Source of the DNA: Azolla caroliniana | Taxonomy: Eukaryota; Plantae; Polypodiophyta | Reading direction: 5' to 3' | Assembly: GCA_043228905.1 (NCBI GenBank) | Contig: JBHGNT010000020.1 | Span: 1,302,001-1,366,000, forward strand | DNA length: 64,000 bases | Shown here: positions 46,578-59,145 of the stretch, piece by piece | How positions within the stretch are numbered: the first letter of the stretch is position 1 | Layout of the letters: each line of letters starts with the position of its first letter | Notes under the pieces: model-generated | Databases searched by the model: none | What the model was told of the DNA's origin: nothing | What the model saw: the letters and a program-made list of their open reading frames with translations, nothing else | Made by a program: the position numbers and the translations under genes

Positions 46578-49500
46578 AAGACAACGTCAAAATCATCAAG
46601 CAATTGAAGGAGGAACGGCACCGGGACTACAAACGGTTGGAAATGGAGCATAAGGAACGGATGGCCGAGCTCCAGCAGGAAGTTGATCGGGCCGCGACGG
46701 CGCTCGCTGACGAACGAGCGGAAAGTACAAGACGGTTGGATGAGGCGGAGAAGGTCCGGATGGAGCTCCAGAGGCAACAACAGGAAGAAAGGGAGAGAGC
46801 GTCAACAGTATTGCAAAAATTACAAAGCACATATCAAGGGCAATTGACGCATTACAAGGAGTAGGCGGAAGACAACGTCAAAATCATCAAGCAATTGAAG
46901 GAGGAATGGCAAGCTGCGGAGATCAAATCGCAGATGGGAACGGGCCGGATTCATTGCATCCTCCGGGCATGGCTGAATCAGACAAAACGCTTGATTGACG
47001 AAAGCTCCGTAAGATGGTGGACAAAGTGGGCACAAAATACGGCGGAACTCCAATTGCTACGGGCAGACGTGGGAAACCGGCGGAAAGAAGGAGATGATTG
47101 TTACACGTTGACTTCCGAGGACTTCACCGCCATACGGGACGAGCTGGCTGAAGACTTCCAAGTCCTGGCGGATGAACAGTTGGTGCAGGTCCGACAATTC
47201 GTAGCTCAGCTAGACGATGATAGGCTGGACGCTCAAATCCAGTTTGAGAGCTACGAGCGGTCCCGGGTTCGGGAAGAAAAAGCACGGGAAGCGGCAACGG
47301 TTAACCTCAGTGATGAGGAACCGTCGCCGGACGAGGGCCAGGCCGGAACCAGTCAACCGGAGACCACTACGACGGAGGGAGCAACGACAGAAACGCCGGT
47401 GTCAGAGCAACAAATGGAGGAGCAACCGCAGCAGCCACCAACGGACCAGTCGCAAGAGCCATCAACGGAGCAGCAACAGCAGTAGCAGCAACCGCCACAA
47501 CAACAACAACAACCAATTCCAGATGAACCATTGGAGACTCTCGAACAAAGCATTCTGGATATTTTGGATGAAGAATAGCAAGGGTCGGATGATGGATTCG
47601 ACGTACAAGGTACTGTCCCACGGGCGTGCCATGTGTTACCGGCCGACAAAGGAGTCCAGAGTGTGAAACGAAGAAGTTATTTAATTATTAAGGAATGGTT
47701 GTAAGTAAGCTATTAGTGTGGACGGACGGACCGGAATCGGTATGCCGTTCCGGATCCGGACCGATCCCGAACAAGTGCGGATGGCACCGTTTTGTACTAC
47801 AAACCGGAAACCTATTTAAAGGCCCGGATACAATGTAATGAGGAGCGGATAATTAATGAAGCTTAGTGTTTTATCTCTCTGTGTTAATTGCCGTTCTGCA
47901 TTCATTGTTATATCTTACGCGTGTGATTATTAAGGACGATCTTGCTAAGTAACCTAATTAAGTCGGATTAATCGTTGAGCCTAATCCTCTTGTCGTAACA
48001 CGCCTTTGGTGAAGTGTCTTCCGTAGACACCCTGTGTTAGGCCATTGTCCGGCCCTAAGAGTTAACATTTGCATTTTAAGAACTTGGACTAAGCTTAATG
48101 GAGTAGTTGATACTTTAATAATTAAATACTTGGTGTTGGTTTAAATGTCATGCATAAATTTGTTTGCTTCGTTTATTTTGCATAATACTTTCTAAGATCA
48201 CAAAGATGATTAGTTATAAGTTTAAAGTTATCAAGCGTAGCTTAGTCAAGTGATTAATACTCATATGAATAGGCATATGTATGGCTCAACACCCTTACCT
48301 ACCCCCTTTTGTTGGCATTAGGGTAGACCTTAGTTTAGTTGCATTTAACAATTCCCATGTAGAAGAGAGGCTCAACTAGTCAATAGGTGTAGTTAGAAGT
48401 ATATCCTAATTTATCACACATCTTTTAGTGTCCTTGTCAGAGATAAGATGAACCCTTGAAGCTAATGTTAGGGTTTTCCATAAACTCTTGTGGCAAGCAA
48501 CAATATTAAGTTGTAGATCAGAAGTATGGTGAAAAGGAAAAAAGGTCGAACATACCTCAAAATTACGTGTAGGATTTTAGCTTGATAGGGTCGGAATCGC
48601 CTAGTGTGTACAACTTTTCCTATCCCCTAATCATTGTCATCTAAGTGTTTAATTTGTAAAATTTCTTAATTTTCTAACCCTATATTTGAAACAAAATCTT
48701 CACTTAATGTTCATCCTTACAATTTTCTTTTCTTTTCTTTCTTTATTGAACGTTAATTCATATGTGTGAAGGCACCAATCCAAGTAACTAGTATATTCTC
48801 CTAAGGAAAGTATCAAAGGTACAAGTTATAAGGTTAATTTCTTAAAGCACATACTTACTCGATCAATTCTCTCGATGAGTTGGCCTTAGCATTTTGCCTA
48901 ACCATATGGCATGAGGTTCAACCTTAGCAATCAACCTAACCACTTGGCCTTAGCACTCAGTCTAATTAGCATTAAGGGAGAGTTTCCCAGGAATGTTCAC
49001 GTTGAGAGACAAAATATGGTCAAATATGTTAAATTTGTTTCGTACCCTACAAACCAATATTGATGCTACACAACCCTTAGATAAGCCAAATATAGAATAT
49101 GGGGTTGATTCCCATTCAACACAAGAACATGAATTGATATCAACCATGGGTGAACATGCGAAACAATGATATGACAAACAATTCTATAACACTAACACTT
49201 ACTGTCAGGAATAGTACCGAGATAGAGAAGAAATTAGTACTAAGGGAGGAATATTAGTACTAAGAGGAATAGAGGGTGTAGAACACTCGAGAGAAGAGAG
49301 AGAGTGAGAGTGAGAGAGAGAGATCAAGAGAGAGAAAATTATGATGACAACGATATATTATATGAGAAGAATATACAAGGAAGGCTAGGAGGCTTAAGAC
49401 TGGCGTTGAACCGATTTGGTTCAAAATAATGCCTTGTGCCTCCTTTTATAGTGTTCTCAGGAGTAGTCCTGAAGCTTCTAGAATGTTCCAGAGAATTTTG

Positions 49501-52500
49501 GAATATACATCAATTTTCTATAGTAAAACTTAAATAAAAATAATATCTTATGTATTACAATAGATATTGTAATGGTCAAGAGTTCGACCCATGTAACATA
49601 AGGTCATGGGTTCGAGTCTTGCCATATCATGACACTATCCCCCCTTTGAAATGATGAGTGTCACGAGTCGTTTTGGATTGAGGACCCGTTTATCTGGATA
49701 TTGACGATGGAAGTCTTCAAGAAGAGCACGAGCATTGGTCACATTCTCTATTGGTTCCCAAGTACACTCGCTGGGACTATATCCTAGCCAATTGACTAAA
49801 TAGTAGAGCTTGTTTCGAAAAATCGAGGATGGCGGCAACCTCATACTCAAGTCCATCTTCAACTTCGATCGGGGGTAGAGGTTGTGGAACACGTTCTGGG
49901 ATGGTGTTGTCTTGATATGGTTCGAGGAGAGAACTATGAAACACCGGATGTATGCAAAGTTGCGGGGGTAGATCGAGACAAAAAGTGACATCATTAAGCT
50001 TTCCGATAATACGGAAAGGACCTAATCATCGATAATCCAACTTCTCGCATGGGCGAGTAGTCTTGATGTGTCGTTGTAGTAGCCATACCCGATCTCCAAT
50101 GTTAAAACTGGATGGAAGCCGATGACGATCCGCGTAAACCTTGTGTGTTTGTTGAGCTTGTTGTAGATGAGTAGATAAATCTTCTTGTATCTTGCGTAAC
50201 TGCTCCAAATGATCCTCTACGCAAGGATTTGTGGGTAACTATGGGGTTTCAAATACACACCATCGGGGGTGACAACCCGTATAAGCATAAAATGGCATAA
50301 CTTTAGTCGATGAGTGGACAGAGTTATTATAGGAAAATTCGGCGAAGTGGAGAATATCCGCCCAGTCATCCTAATGATAACTTAGAAAGCACCGAAGATA
50401 CTACTCCAGCGTTTGATTTGTTCGTTCTACTTGGCCGTCGGTTTGCGGGTGGTAGCCGGAGGAGAGGTTACAAGTGACCTTGAGCATTTTAAAAAGGTAC
50501 TTCCAGAATTTCGAGACGAATTGGGGTCCACAATTTTCGATGGTTTCTTCATTGGAGATTTCCTTAGTACATGGCAGGAAATGAGCCATCTTCATATATC
50601 GATCTACTATTGTTAAAATCGCATTGAATCCCTTAGAGACTGGAAGATCTGTGATGAAATCTAGAGCAATGGATTGCCATGGCTTGCTTGGAATTGGTAA
50701 TGGTTCTAATAAACCATATAGATGATGCCTTGGCATTTTTGCTCTGCAACATGTATCACAAATCCAAACAAAATCTTCGACAAATTGTCGCATACAGGGC
50801 CACCAGAATGATCGTTGTACTAAATCTAATGTCTTAGTACTACCAAAATGCCCAGCTGTATATGTGTCATGACAGTTTTGGACTACTCGAAGGCGACAAG
50901 AACCATTAGGAACATACAAGAGTTTCTTAAAGAATAGTAATCCATCATGACATTCGAATTGTCGATAGTCCATACCTGGTTGTTGCGACTGTGAACAAGA
51001 TGCTCGAGAGGGATCAATTTGTGCTAGAATGGCTTGGGCGAAAGCATCTGTCTTCAAGTCCTCACGTATGGTATCGATAACATGGGAATCCAAGGGCATG
51101 TCAAAGACCTGTGTTGCTTGCAGTCGTGTCGTGCCGGCCCCAAGATTACTTGCTTTTGGTTATCGAAAGCTGGCTCACCGCGACACGATGCTAGATACGA
51201 ACTCCGTGATAATGCATCTGCCTTCCCTTGGTGCTTCCCCGGACGATATGTAATTTTGAAGTCGAAATGTGTGAGGAATTGGGCCCACCGAGCTTGACGT
51301 CGATTTAACACAAGAGCACTTTGAAAGTGGGCAAGGTTTTTGTGATCACTGAATACGGTGACTTGATGAGAGGATCCCTCTAGAAAATGCGTCCATTGCG
51401 TAAAAGAGTCCACTATTGCTAATAACTCCTTATCATGAATTTCATAGTTGATTTCGGCGGCATCAAACTTGTGTGAGTGAAAGCCACAGGATGTAGCTTT
51501 TCATCATTACCTTGTTGTGACAGAATGCTACCCAATGCGAAATCCGACGCGTCCGCTTCCATGATGAATGGTTTTTCCGGATCAACGTGAGCTAGAATAG
51601 GAGCTGATGTAAATGCCTTCTTAAGATTCTCAAAAGCCATGGCCGCTTCTTAAGACCAAACGAACAATTGTCCCTTCTTAGTAAGTTGTGTGAGAGGCAG
51701 AATAAGCTTTGAGTAATCCTGTATAAACTTGTGGTAGAAATTGGCAAAGCCTAAAAAGCATTGCACATCTCGCAACGAACGCGGTGTTTGCCACTCTACC
51801 ACCTTTTTGACCTTAGTTGAATCCATGGAGATGCCTTCCGAGGAGATGACATAGCCTAGAAATTCCACCTAGTTGCACCTGAAACTACATTTTTCCAACT
51901 TTGCATAAAGAACATGTTCTCGAAGTTGTTTTAGTACTAACAATACATGAGAATCATGCTCTTCTTGGGTCTTCGAATAAACTAGTAGATCATCCAAATA
52001 GATGATCAAACTAACATCCAAGAGTTCTCGGAATATATCATTTGCCATGTGTTGGAAGACTGCAGGCGCATTAGTGAGGCCGAACGACATGACCGTATAC
52101 TTGAAGTGCCCATATCTTGTGCGAAACGCAGTTTTCCATTCATCTCCTGGTTGGATCCGTACAAGGTTATATGCTCCCTGTAAGTCGATCTTTGTGAAGA
52201 ACCTTGCACCATTGATCCGTTCTAACAGACTTGAGATAAAGGGAAGTGCATACCTATTTCTGATGGTGACCTTATTCAAGCCACCGTAATCTACAACGAG
52301 ACAAAGTGATCCATCCTTTTTCTTGACGAAGAAAATGGGTGCGCCGGCTAGAGATTTCAAATGCCGAATGAAACTATTTTCCAAATTCTCCTCTATATAG
52401 GCTCGAAGGACTTCTAGCTTGGTTGGTGGCAAATTGTAGATCGGTCCCCATGGTGGCCCTTTTCCCGGTTGTAAATCGATGGGGCAATCATACGATCGAT

Positions 52501-53115
52501 GGTGAGGAAGCGTATTGGCTTGTACTTTATCGAATACATTGGCATAATGATGATACTTCTTTGGAAGTTGAACGGTGGACTCCTCTTTAGTGGTGTCGAA
52601 GGGTTTTATTGATATTGCGAAGAGAAACATTTCTTCCTTGCGTCCTTCTTCCCGCAATTGATGTAGTGAAATAGTTGCAATCTTATGAGTAGATCCTCGG
52701 GCTTGTCGATACCAGATTTCTCTTGTTCTCCAATCTATGTCTGGTTTATGTAATTCAAACCAAGGTAATCCTAAAACAATGGGATGTTCTGGGATACTAA
52801 TTATATTAAATGATACTACACACGCTAGATTATCTAGGACAATATTAACGGGCTCTAACTCTTCTATGATATTTCCGGAAGCAATGGGACAACCATCAAT
52901 GACTACTACAGAGGCTGGACACGGGAGTTTTCTAAGAGATATCTGATGGGCTTGGGCAAAATTCCTATCCATGAAGCAAGAATTAGCTTCGGAATCTAGA
53001 AGTGCTAAGACATGTACTGGAGGGGTACTTCTAGTACTAACTGTTACTTGGGCTACAAACACATTGCTAACTTGCTTAGAGGGAATGGAACCACTAGGGT
53101 TGTCCACCAAACGAC

Positions 53116-56100
53116 TGTCATGACGACACTCACATTTTGTTTCGAAAGAAATTGAACCCACAACCTTGTTATACGAATGTCAAATCCTTAACCATTGTAA
53201 TAAGAAGTTTATGCATATTGTTTTTAGAATATATAATCTAATATCATAAGGATATTCTGAATTGCTTTATATTCTAGAATGTCCTAGAATATTCTAGAGT
53301 GTTCTATATGCTAGAACCTTCTAGAATACTCTATAAACCTTCTAGAATACTAGATTACCCCAGAATATTCTAGAGTGTTCTAGATTACTCTATAGAGAAT
53401 TATAAATAAGGAGCTATCAACCATCCAAAAACGAAATTGGTTCAAACTGTCAAGACAAAGAGAGAAAGAGAGAAGAAAGAGAGAGAAAAAGGGAAAGAGA
53501 TATATTGATGAGGCAGAAAGAGAGAATTTAAAAGAAAGTATTGTATTGCGATATAAGATGGAGTACACAGAGTAGGCAATAGGGAGCTATAAGAAAGTAT
53601 TGTATTGCATATAATCTAGTTCGGATTCGTCCGAGGGATGAATGGAAGACTGCTTTTCGCACTTGCTATGGACATTTCGAGTATACTGTGATGCCATTCG
53701 GTCTCACGAATGCACCTGCAATTTTCCAGCATATGGCGAATGATATTTTTCGAGATTTTCTCGATATCTTCACTATAGTTTACCTAGATGACATTTTGAT
53801 CTATTCAAAGACCCAAGAGGAACATGATGAACATGTTCGTCAGGTACTATGTCGGCTCCGAGAATATGGTCTCTATGCAAAATTAGAAAAGTGTAGTTTC
53901 GGCCAGAATCAAGTGGAATTTTTGGGGTACGTTGTATACTCAGATGGTATTTCTATGGACCCCATGAAGGTTCAAGCAATTCTAGAGTGGCAGACTCCCC
54001 TTTTAGTGCGCGATGTGCAATGTTTTCTCGGGTCTGCAAACTTTTATCGGAAATTTATTAAAAATTATTCTAAGGTCGTGCTTCTGCTCACTCAACTCAC
54101 ACACAAAAATCAACCATTCATTTGGAGTTCGGATGCAGCCGAGGCATTTGAAAGTTTAAAACAGGCGTTTACAACGACACTGATCTTAGCACATGTCGAC
54201 CCGACAAAACGCTTCATCCTTGAAGCTGATGCATCCGATTTTGCACTAGGAAGTGTCTTGTCACAGACTGGAGATAACGGAGAGCTACATCCTGTCACCT
54301 TTCATTCCCGAAAGTTTGAAACTGCAGAGATCCATGACAAAGAACGTCTTGCAATCGTGGACTCTTTTCTACAATGGTGACATTTTCTAGAAGGCTCTTC
54401 TCAGTAGATCATTGTCTACAATGATCATAAGAACTTGACATATTTCCAAAATGCTCAAGTCCCGAGTCGGCGACAAGCCCGATGGGCGCAATTTTTGACT
54501 CACTTTGACTTTGTAATCATATATCGCCCTGGGATGTACAAGCAAGGAAAAGTTGATGCGTTTTCTCGACGCTCTTATATGGAACTTCGTCTAGGGGAAC
54601 CTGCATTTGAGCATCAAAAACAAATCCTTTTGGGTCCTAATCGCCTACGATTAATGGTAGTTAATGCCATAACAACACTTGAAGATTCCACTCTTCTTGA
54701 TTCCGTTCGAGATCATATGGCCACTAATGAATTTACCAAGGAGGTTTTGGATCATATTGTCCCAAATCGTGCTTCTAGTTCGCTGTCGAAAAACCCTCAG
54801 CAGGACTATCATTTGTTCTATTGGCATGGTGGTTTTCTATTTTGACAAAACCTATTGTATGTTCCTGATTGTCCCCCATGACTACAAGTTCGACAACATT
54901 GCCATGACTCACCAATGGCTAGACATTTTGGAGTTCACAAAACTCTAGAATTAGTTTCTCGACAATATTGGTGGCCTCGCCTTCGTCATTTTGTTGAGGA
55001 GTATGTTCGTAGTTGTGATACCTGTTGTCGATCAAAGAGTCCTCGACACCGATCCTATGGCTTACTACAACCACTTCCCATTCTGGAAAATCCTTGGAAG
55101 TCTATATCCTTGGATTTCATTACCGATCTCCCAGTTTCAAAAGGTTATGATGCAATTCTCACAGTGGTTGATTGACTTACCAAAATGGCACATTTCGTGC
55201 CATGTACGAAGTCTATTACTAGTCAAGAGGTGGTCGATCTAGTTATGCGGGAGGTATTTAAGCACCATGGTCTTCCAGATGATATTATTAGTGATCGGGG
55301 TCCACAATTTATTTCAAAGTTTTGGAAGCATATACTCAAACTTCTCCGAATTTCGGCTAAGCTTTCTTTGGGCTATCATCTTGAGACTAACGGCCAAACT
55401 GAGCGTACCAACCAGACATTGGAGCAATATCTTCATTGTTTCATCAACTACCAACAAGATGATTGGATTGATTTTCTGCACTTGGCTGAATTCGCTTACA
55501 ACAACTCGGTCCATTCTTCTACGAGATATTCCCCATTTTTTGCAAATACGGGCCGCCATCCTTAGTGGACAATGAATGCACATCCACAAGTGCCTACCAA
55601 CCTTGCTGCTACGGATCGTCTTAGTTGACTCCAAGAAATTCACGCTTCCATTCTTCACAATTTACATGATGCACAAGTTACACACAAGAGGCTTGTGGAT
55701 CGTCATCACCTAGATTCCTCCAAAAAATTCTGTGTTGGGGATCGTGTATGGCTTCTCCAACACAACATCAAGACTACTCGGCCTTGTGGTAAATTGGATT
55801 ACCAACGTTTTGGCCTGTACATGATCACTGGTAAGATAAGTGATGTTGCATATTGTCTTGGCCTCCCTCCGGTGTTCCACGTATCCCTTTTAGAACCTTA
55901 CACCAACAGTTCAATTCCGGGCTGTATTACAACTCCTCCGCAACTAGTTGAGTGCTTGGAAGGACCCGAATTTGAGGTTGCTGCCATTCTCGATTCTAAA
56001 ATCGTGCGCAACAAGTTGTATTACTTGGTTGATTGGCTACGCTATACCCCCAACGATCGAACTTGGGAACCTGCTGCAAATCTTTCCAATGCCGCGGACA

Positions 56101-56665
56101 TGGTCACCACATTTCATCGCGAATATCCTCATAAACCAGGTCCTACTACGAATCTTACGACCCGTGAGACGTGTTATCGAAGAAGGGGGATAGTGTCATG
56201 ACGACACTCACATTTTGTCTCAAAAGGAATTGAACCCACAACCTTGTTATACGCAGGTCAAATCCTTAACCATTGTAATAACAAGTTTATGCGTATTGTT
56301 TTTAGAATATATAATCTAATATCATGAGGATATTCTGAATTGCTTTATATTCTAGAATGTCCTAGAATATTCTAGAGTGTTCTATATGCTAGAACCTTCT
56401 AGATTACTCTATAAACCTTCTAGATTACTAGATTACCCCAGAATATTCTAGAGTGTTCTAGATTACTCTATAGAGAATTATAAATAAGGAGTTATCAACC
56501 ATCCAAAAACCAAATTGGTTCAATGCCATCCTATAGCTCCCTTTTGCCTACTCTGTGTACTCCATCTTATATCGCAATACAATACTTTCTGCCTCATCAA
56601 TATATCTCTTTCCCTTTTTCTCTCTCTTTCTTCTCTCTTTCTCTCTTTCTCTCTTTGTCTTGACA
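53116..56665 (+). mobile_element. Internally deleted chromovirus U (rearranged 5' LTR from 53116, RT 3' half-RH-IN-chromodomain, 3' LTR 56194-56665)
   Basis: U3 is duplicated at 53116 and 56194. PPT at 56181-56193. YLDD, RH, IN and chromodomain are present with stops. Flanks ACGAC/GTGGC fit a decayed duplication of the host's ACGGC. Confidence 0.9.
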
Positions 56666-56841
56666 GTGGCTCCTATTTTGGCTGGACTTAGTTGTTTAAC
56701 TCTTCTTCTAACTGACTAAGGAAATCAAATTTGTTCACAAGATTTGGGCTATTAGTACTATTAGGACTATCAAATATTCCTATTGAAATAGACTCAGGTT
56801 TAGTACAATTAGAACTAGCAACTATTTGGTTTACTTGTCTT

Positions 56842-57460
56842 TGTTAGGAAACAAGTCCCTCCAGATGGGAAGTGAGAAGAACAGTACGGCCTCGGCCGAA
56901 ACCGGATGTGGAAGACCCGGCAACGGAAGACCCGGTGAGAACCGGATGACATGTGCCCGGCAAGCGCCGGATGATGCAGGCCTAGTGAGGAGTGCTCACC
57001 GGATGAAGGGACATATTCGTAAATATGTTTCTGAGAGTCCATCTAGGCTATATTTGTAAATAGCCAGAAAGTCATATTAGTATAAATATGACTTAGGGCA
57101 AACTCTTTTAATTGTTTTTAGTTGTTGTTGTCATTTCTTGTTGGCGGAAGATTAGAGCGTGCAACTGTGTACAGAGAGAGTGAGAGAGGAAGAGGTCGTT
57201 TCCTCTGATTGTAACCGCCGCTTGTGGAGAAGATAGTAAGCTCTAGGTCGTGGCCTCAGTGCTTTCTTATTGTACATTCTGACATAGTGATAGTTTGCGG
57301 TCTGTGGGCTGCCGTGGTTTTTCCCGAGTTGGGTTTTCCACGTAAACATCCTGTGTACTCTTCTCTCTATCGTGTTGTGTTTCATTCCCTGTTTTCTGTG
57401 TTTTATTCTAGGCTTGGTTGTGGCCGAGCGTTGTTCATCGGGAGTGTCTAGTTCCTGTCA
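56842..57460 (+). mobile_element. Solo LTR, copia family, inserted in V gag
   Basis: TG...CA ends, TSD GTCTT, family motifs GGCTATATTTGTAAATAGCC and CGTGGTTTTTCCC. Confidence 0.93.
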
Positions 57461-58660
57461 GTCTTCTTGGCCTATGGGGACAATTTACTGCAATATGCCC
57501 CGGTCCACCGCAATAAAGACATAGTTGATTTGCTCGACGTCACCACTTTTATTCTTCCGATAATGGTCCAGGACGACGTGTAGTGTCAATCTCCATCGGA
57601 GTCGGAGTATTCACTGGAGACACATTATATGACTCCCTCGGAAAAGGTTTCACTACCACTGAGGTGTAGGTGGGCTCTGATCTTGCCCTCGGCATCTAGA
57701 ATTACCGTTCCGAACATCGTTTGAAAAGGCGGTTGTCACATCTCATTGTGCGACTGATTGCTTCTGTTAAGGATTTCTTCGGGGAAGGTCAAGAGTAAAT
57801 CCTTGACATCGTTGTGTAAACCATAACGAAATTGCTCCATCAATGCTTGATCATCCCAAGGGATATCGACGACGAGTAGGTGGAAATTTGCAGCGTATGT
57901 GGAGGCTGGACGATCACCTTGGCATAATCGTCGGATTTTGTTGATTGTTGTCCTTATGCTGTAAGTATCTCCAAAACAGGCTTTAAACTCACTTATAAAT
58001 TCTTCAAAATTGTTTAGTAATGTAGATTCCTTTTCTAACAACGGAGTGAACCATGTCAATATTGAGCCACTAAGTAGAGTGCCTACTAGTCCCACTCGTG
58101 ATGCATCAGTGGGATATCGAGAAGGATGCATTTGAATCACTAAACGTACCTGATTCAGAAAACCTCTAAACTGTGATCGGGTCCCATCAAATTTTGCAGG
58201 AAGACCGATCTTGGGTTCTTTGTGAATCCCTTGAGTGCTTGATCCTTGTTGTTGTAGTTATACAATAGTCGCTTCAAGTTGTTGTACACGTAACGTCAAC
58301 TCCCCGTGTTGTTGTTTTTCCAATGCTATTTGTTGAAGATCCCCCAACAAACGATGATTTTCTTGTTCTAGTGCTACAAATTTCTCTTTTAAGCACTGGA
58401 GCTCCGAGAAAACAGATTGGTATTCCTGAGCGCTAACAATTTCCATTTTACTAGGGAGGATAAGAGGATTAGTATGAAGGGGAAAAAGGGGTAAGAAGAT
58501 GAGGGAAACAGGAAAGAAGACCGGAAAAAAGGGGATATGTAAGAAGATAAAAGGAAGAGGAGGAAAGGAGGAGACTGAAGGATTAAAATCGGTTCAAACT
58601 GTCAGGAATAGTACTGAGACAGAGAAGAAATTAGTACTAAGAGGAATAGAGGGTGTAGAA

Positions 58661-58702
<42 letters not shown>

Positions 58703-59145
58703 AGGGAGAGAAAATGATGATGACAATGATATATTATATGAGAAGAATATACAAGGGAGGCTAGGAGACTTAAGACTGACGTTGAACCGATTTGGTTCGA
58801 AATAATGCCTTGTGCTTCCTTTTATAGTGTTCTCAGGAGTAGTCCTGGAGATTCTAGAATGTTCTAGAGAATTCTGGAATATACATTAATTTTCTATAGT
58901 AAAACTTAAATAAAAATAATATTCTACGTATTACAATAGATAGTGTAATGGTCAAGAGCTCGACCCATGTAACATAAGGTCATGGGTTCGAGTCTTGCCA
59001 TATCATGACACTTATTGAGTTGATTGGGAAACATGAATAGAAACATCCCACGTGGATCGAAAAGAGTTCTTGCTAGAGACACCACTCAAATGGTTGCACT
59101 TGGTTTAACATAAGACAATCAACCTAGACCTTGGTTCAAGACTCC

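Larger units (their letters stand above)
39640..47578 (+). pseudogene. Extra ORF of element X (Pro/Glu-rich then long coiled coil, Q-rich tail), broken by stops and split by copia Z
   Basis: ORF 39640-40707 continues through TAG stops to 41106 and resumes at 46583. It contains an in-frame 291-bp tandem duplication. Confidence 0.7.
32631..48067 (+). mobile_element. Non-autonomous Ty3 (non-chromovirus) element X: LTRs 32631-33064 and 47634-48067, gag N-terminus plus coiled-coil ORF, no pol; hosts elements Y and Z
   Basis: 434-bp TG...CA direct repeats (about 13 differences by eye), TSD TTTGC on both sides, PBS TGGCGACCAC at 33072-33081 (tRNA-Arg type), gag motif AHVHAFE.TWEANH...FGVTLEGPAARW. 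Confidence 0.93.
49203..59010 (-). mobile_element. Degenerate full-length chromovirus V (LTRs 58600-59010 and 49203-49634); hosts element U and a solo LTR
   Basis: Near-TSD CTTAC/CTTAT, self-priming PBS at 58586-58597, PPT next to 49635. Gag (56688-58446) and pol (49635-53115) are homologous to Y but carry stops and frameshifts. Confidence 0.94.

Noticed and set aside
32631-48067. Element X read on the minus strand with 47615-47631 as its only PBS
   Set aside because: Gag, the extra ORF, the TATA-like box and a second PBS are all on the plus strand, and no minus-strand PPT lies next to the left LTR.
58939-59000. tRNA-like LTR cassettes as real tRNA genes
   Set aside because: Acceptor and anticodon stems do not pair; only the A/B boxes and spacing are kept.
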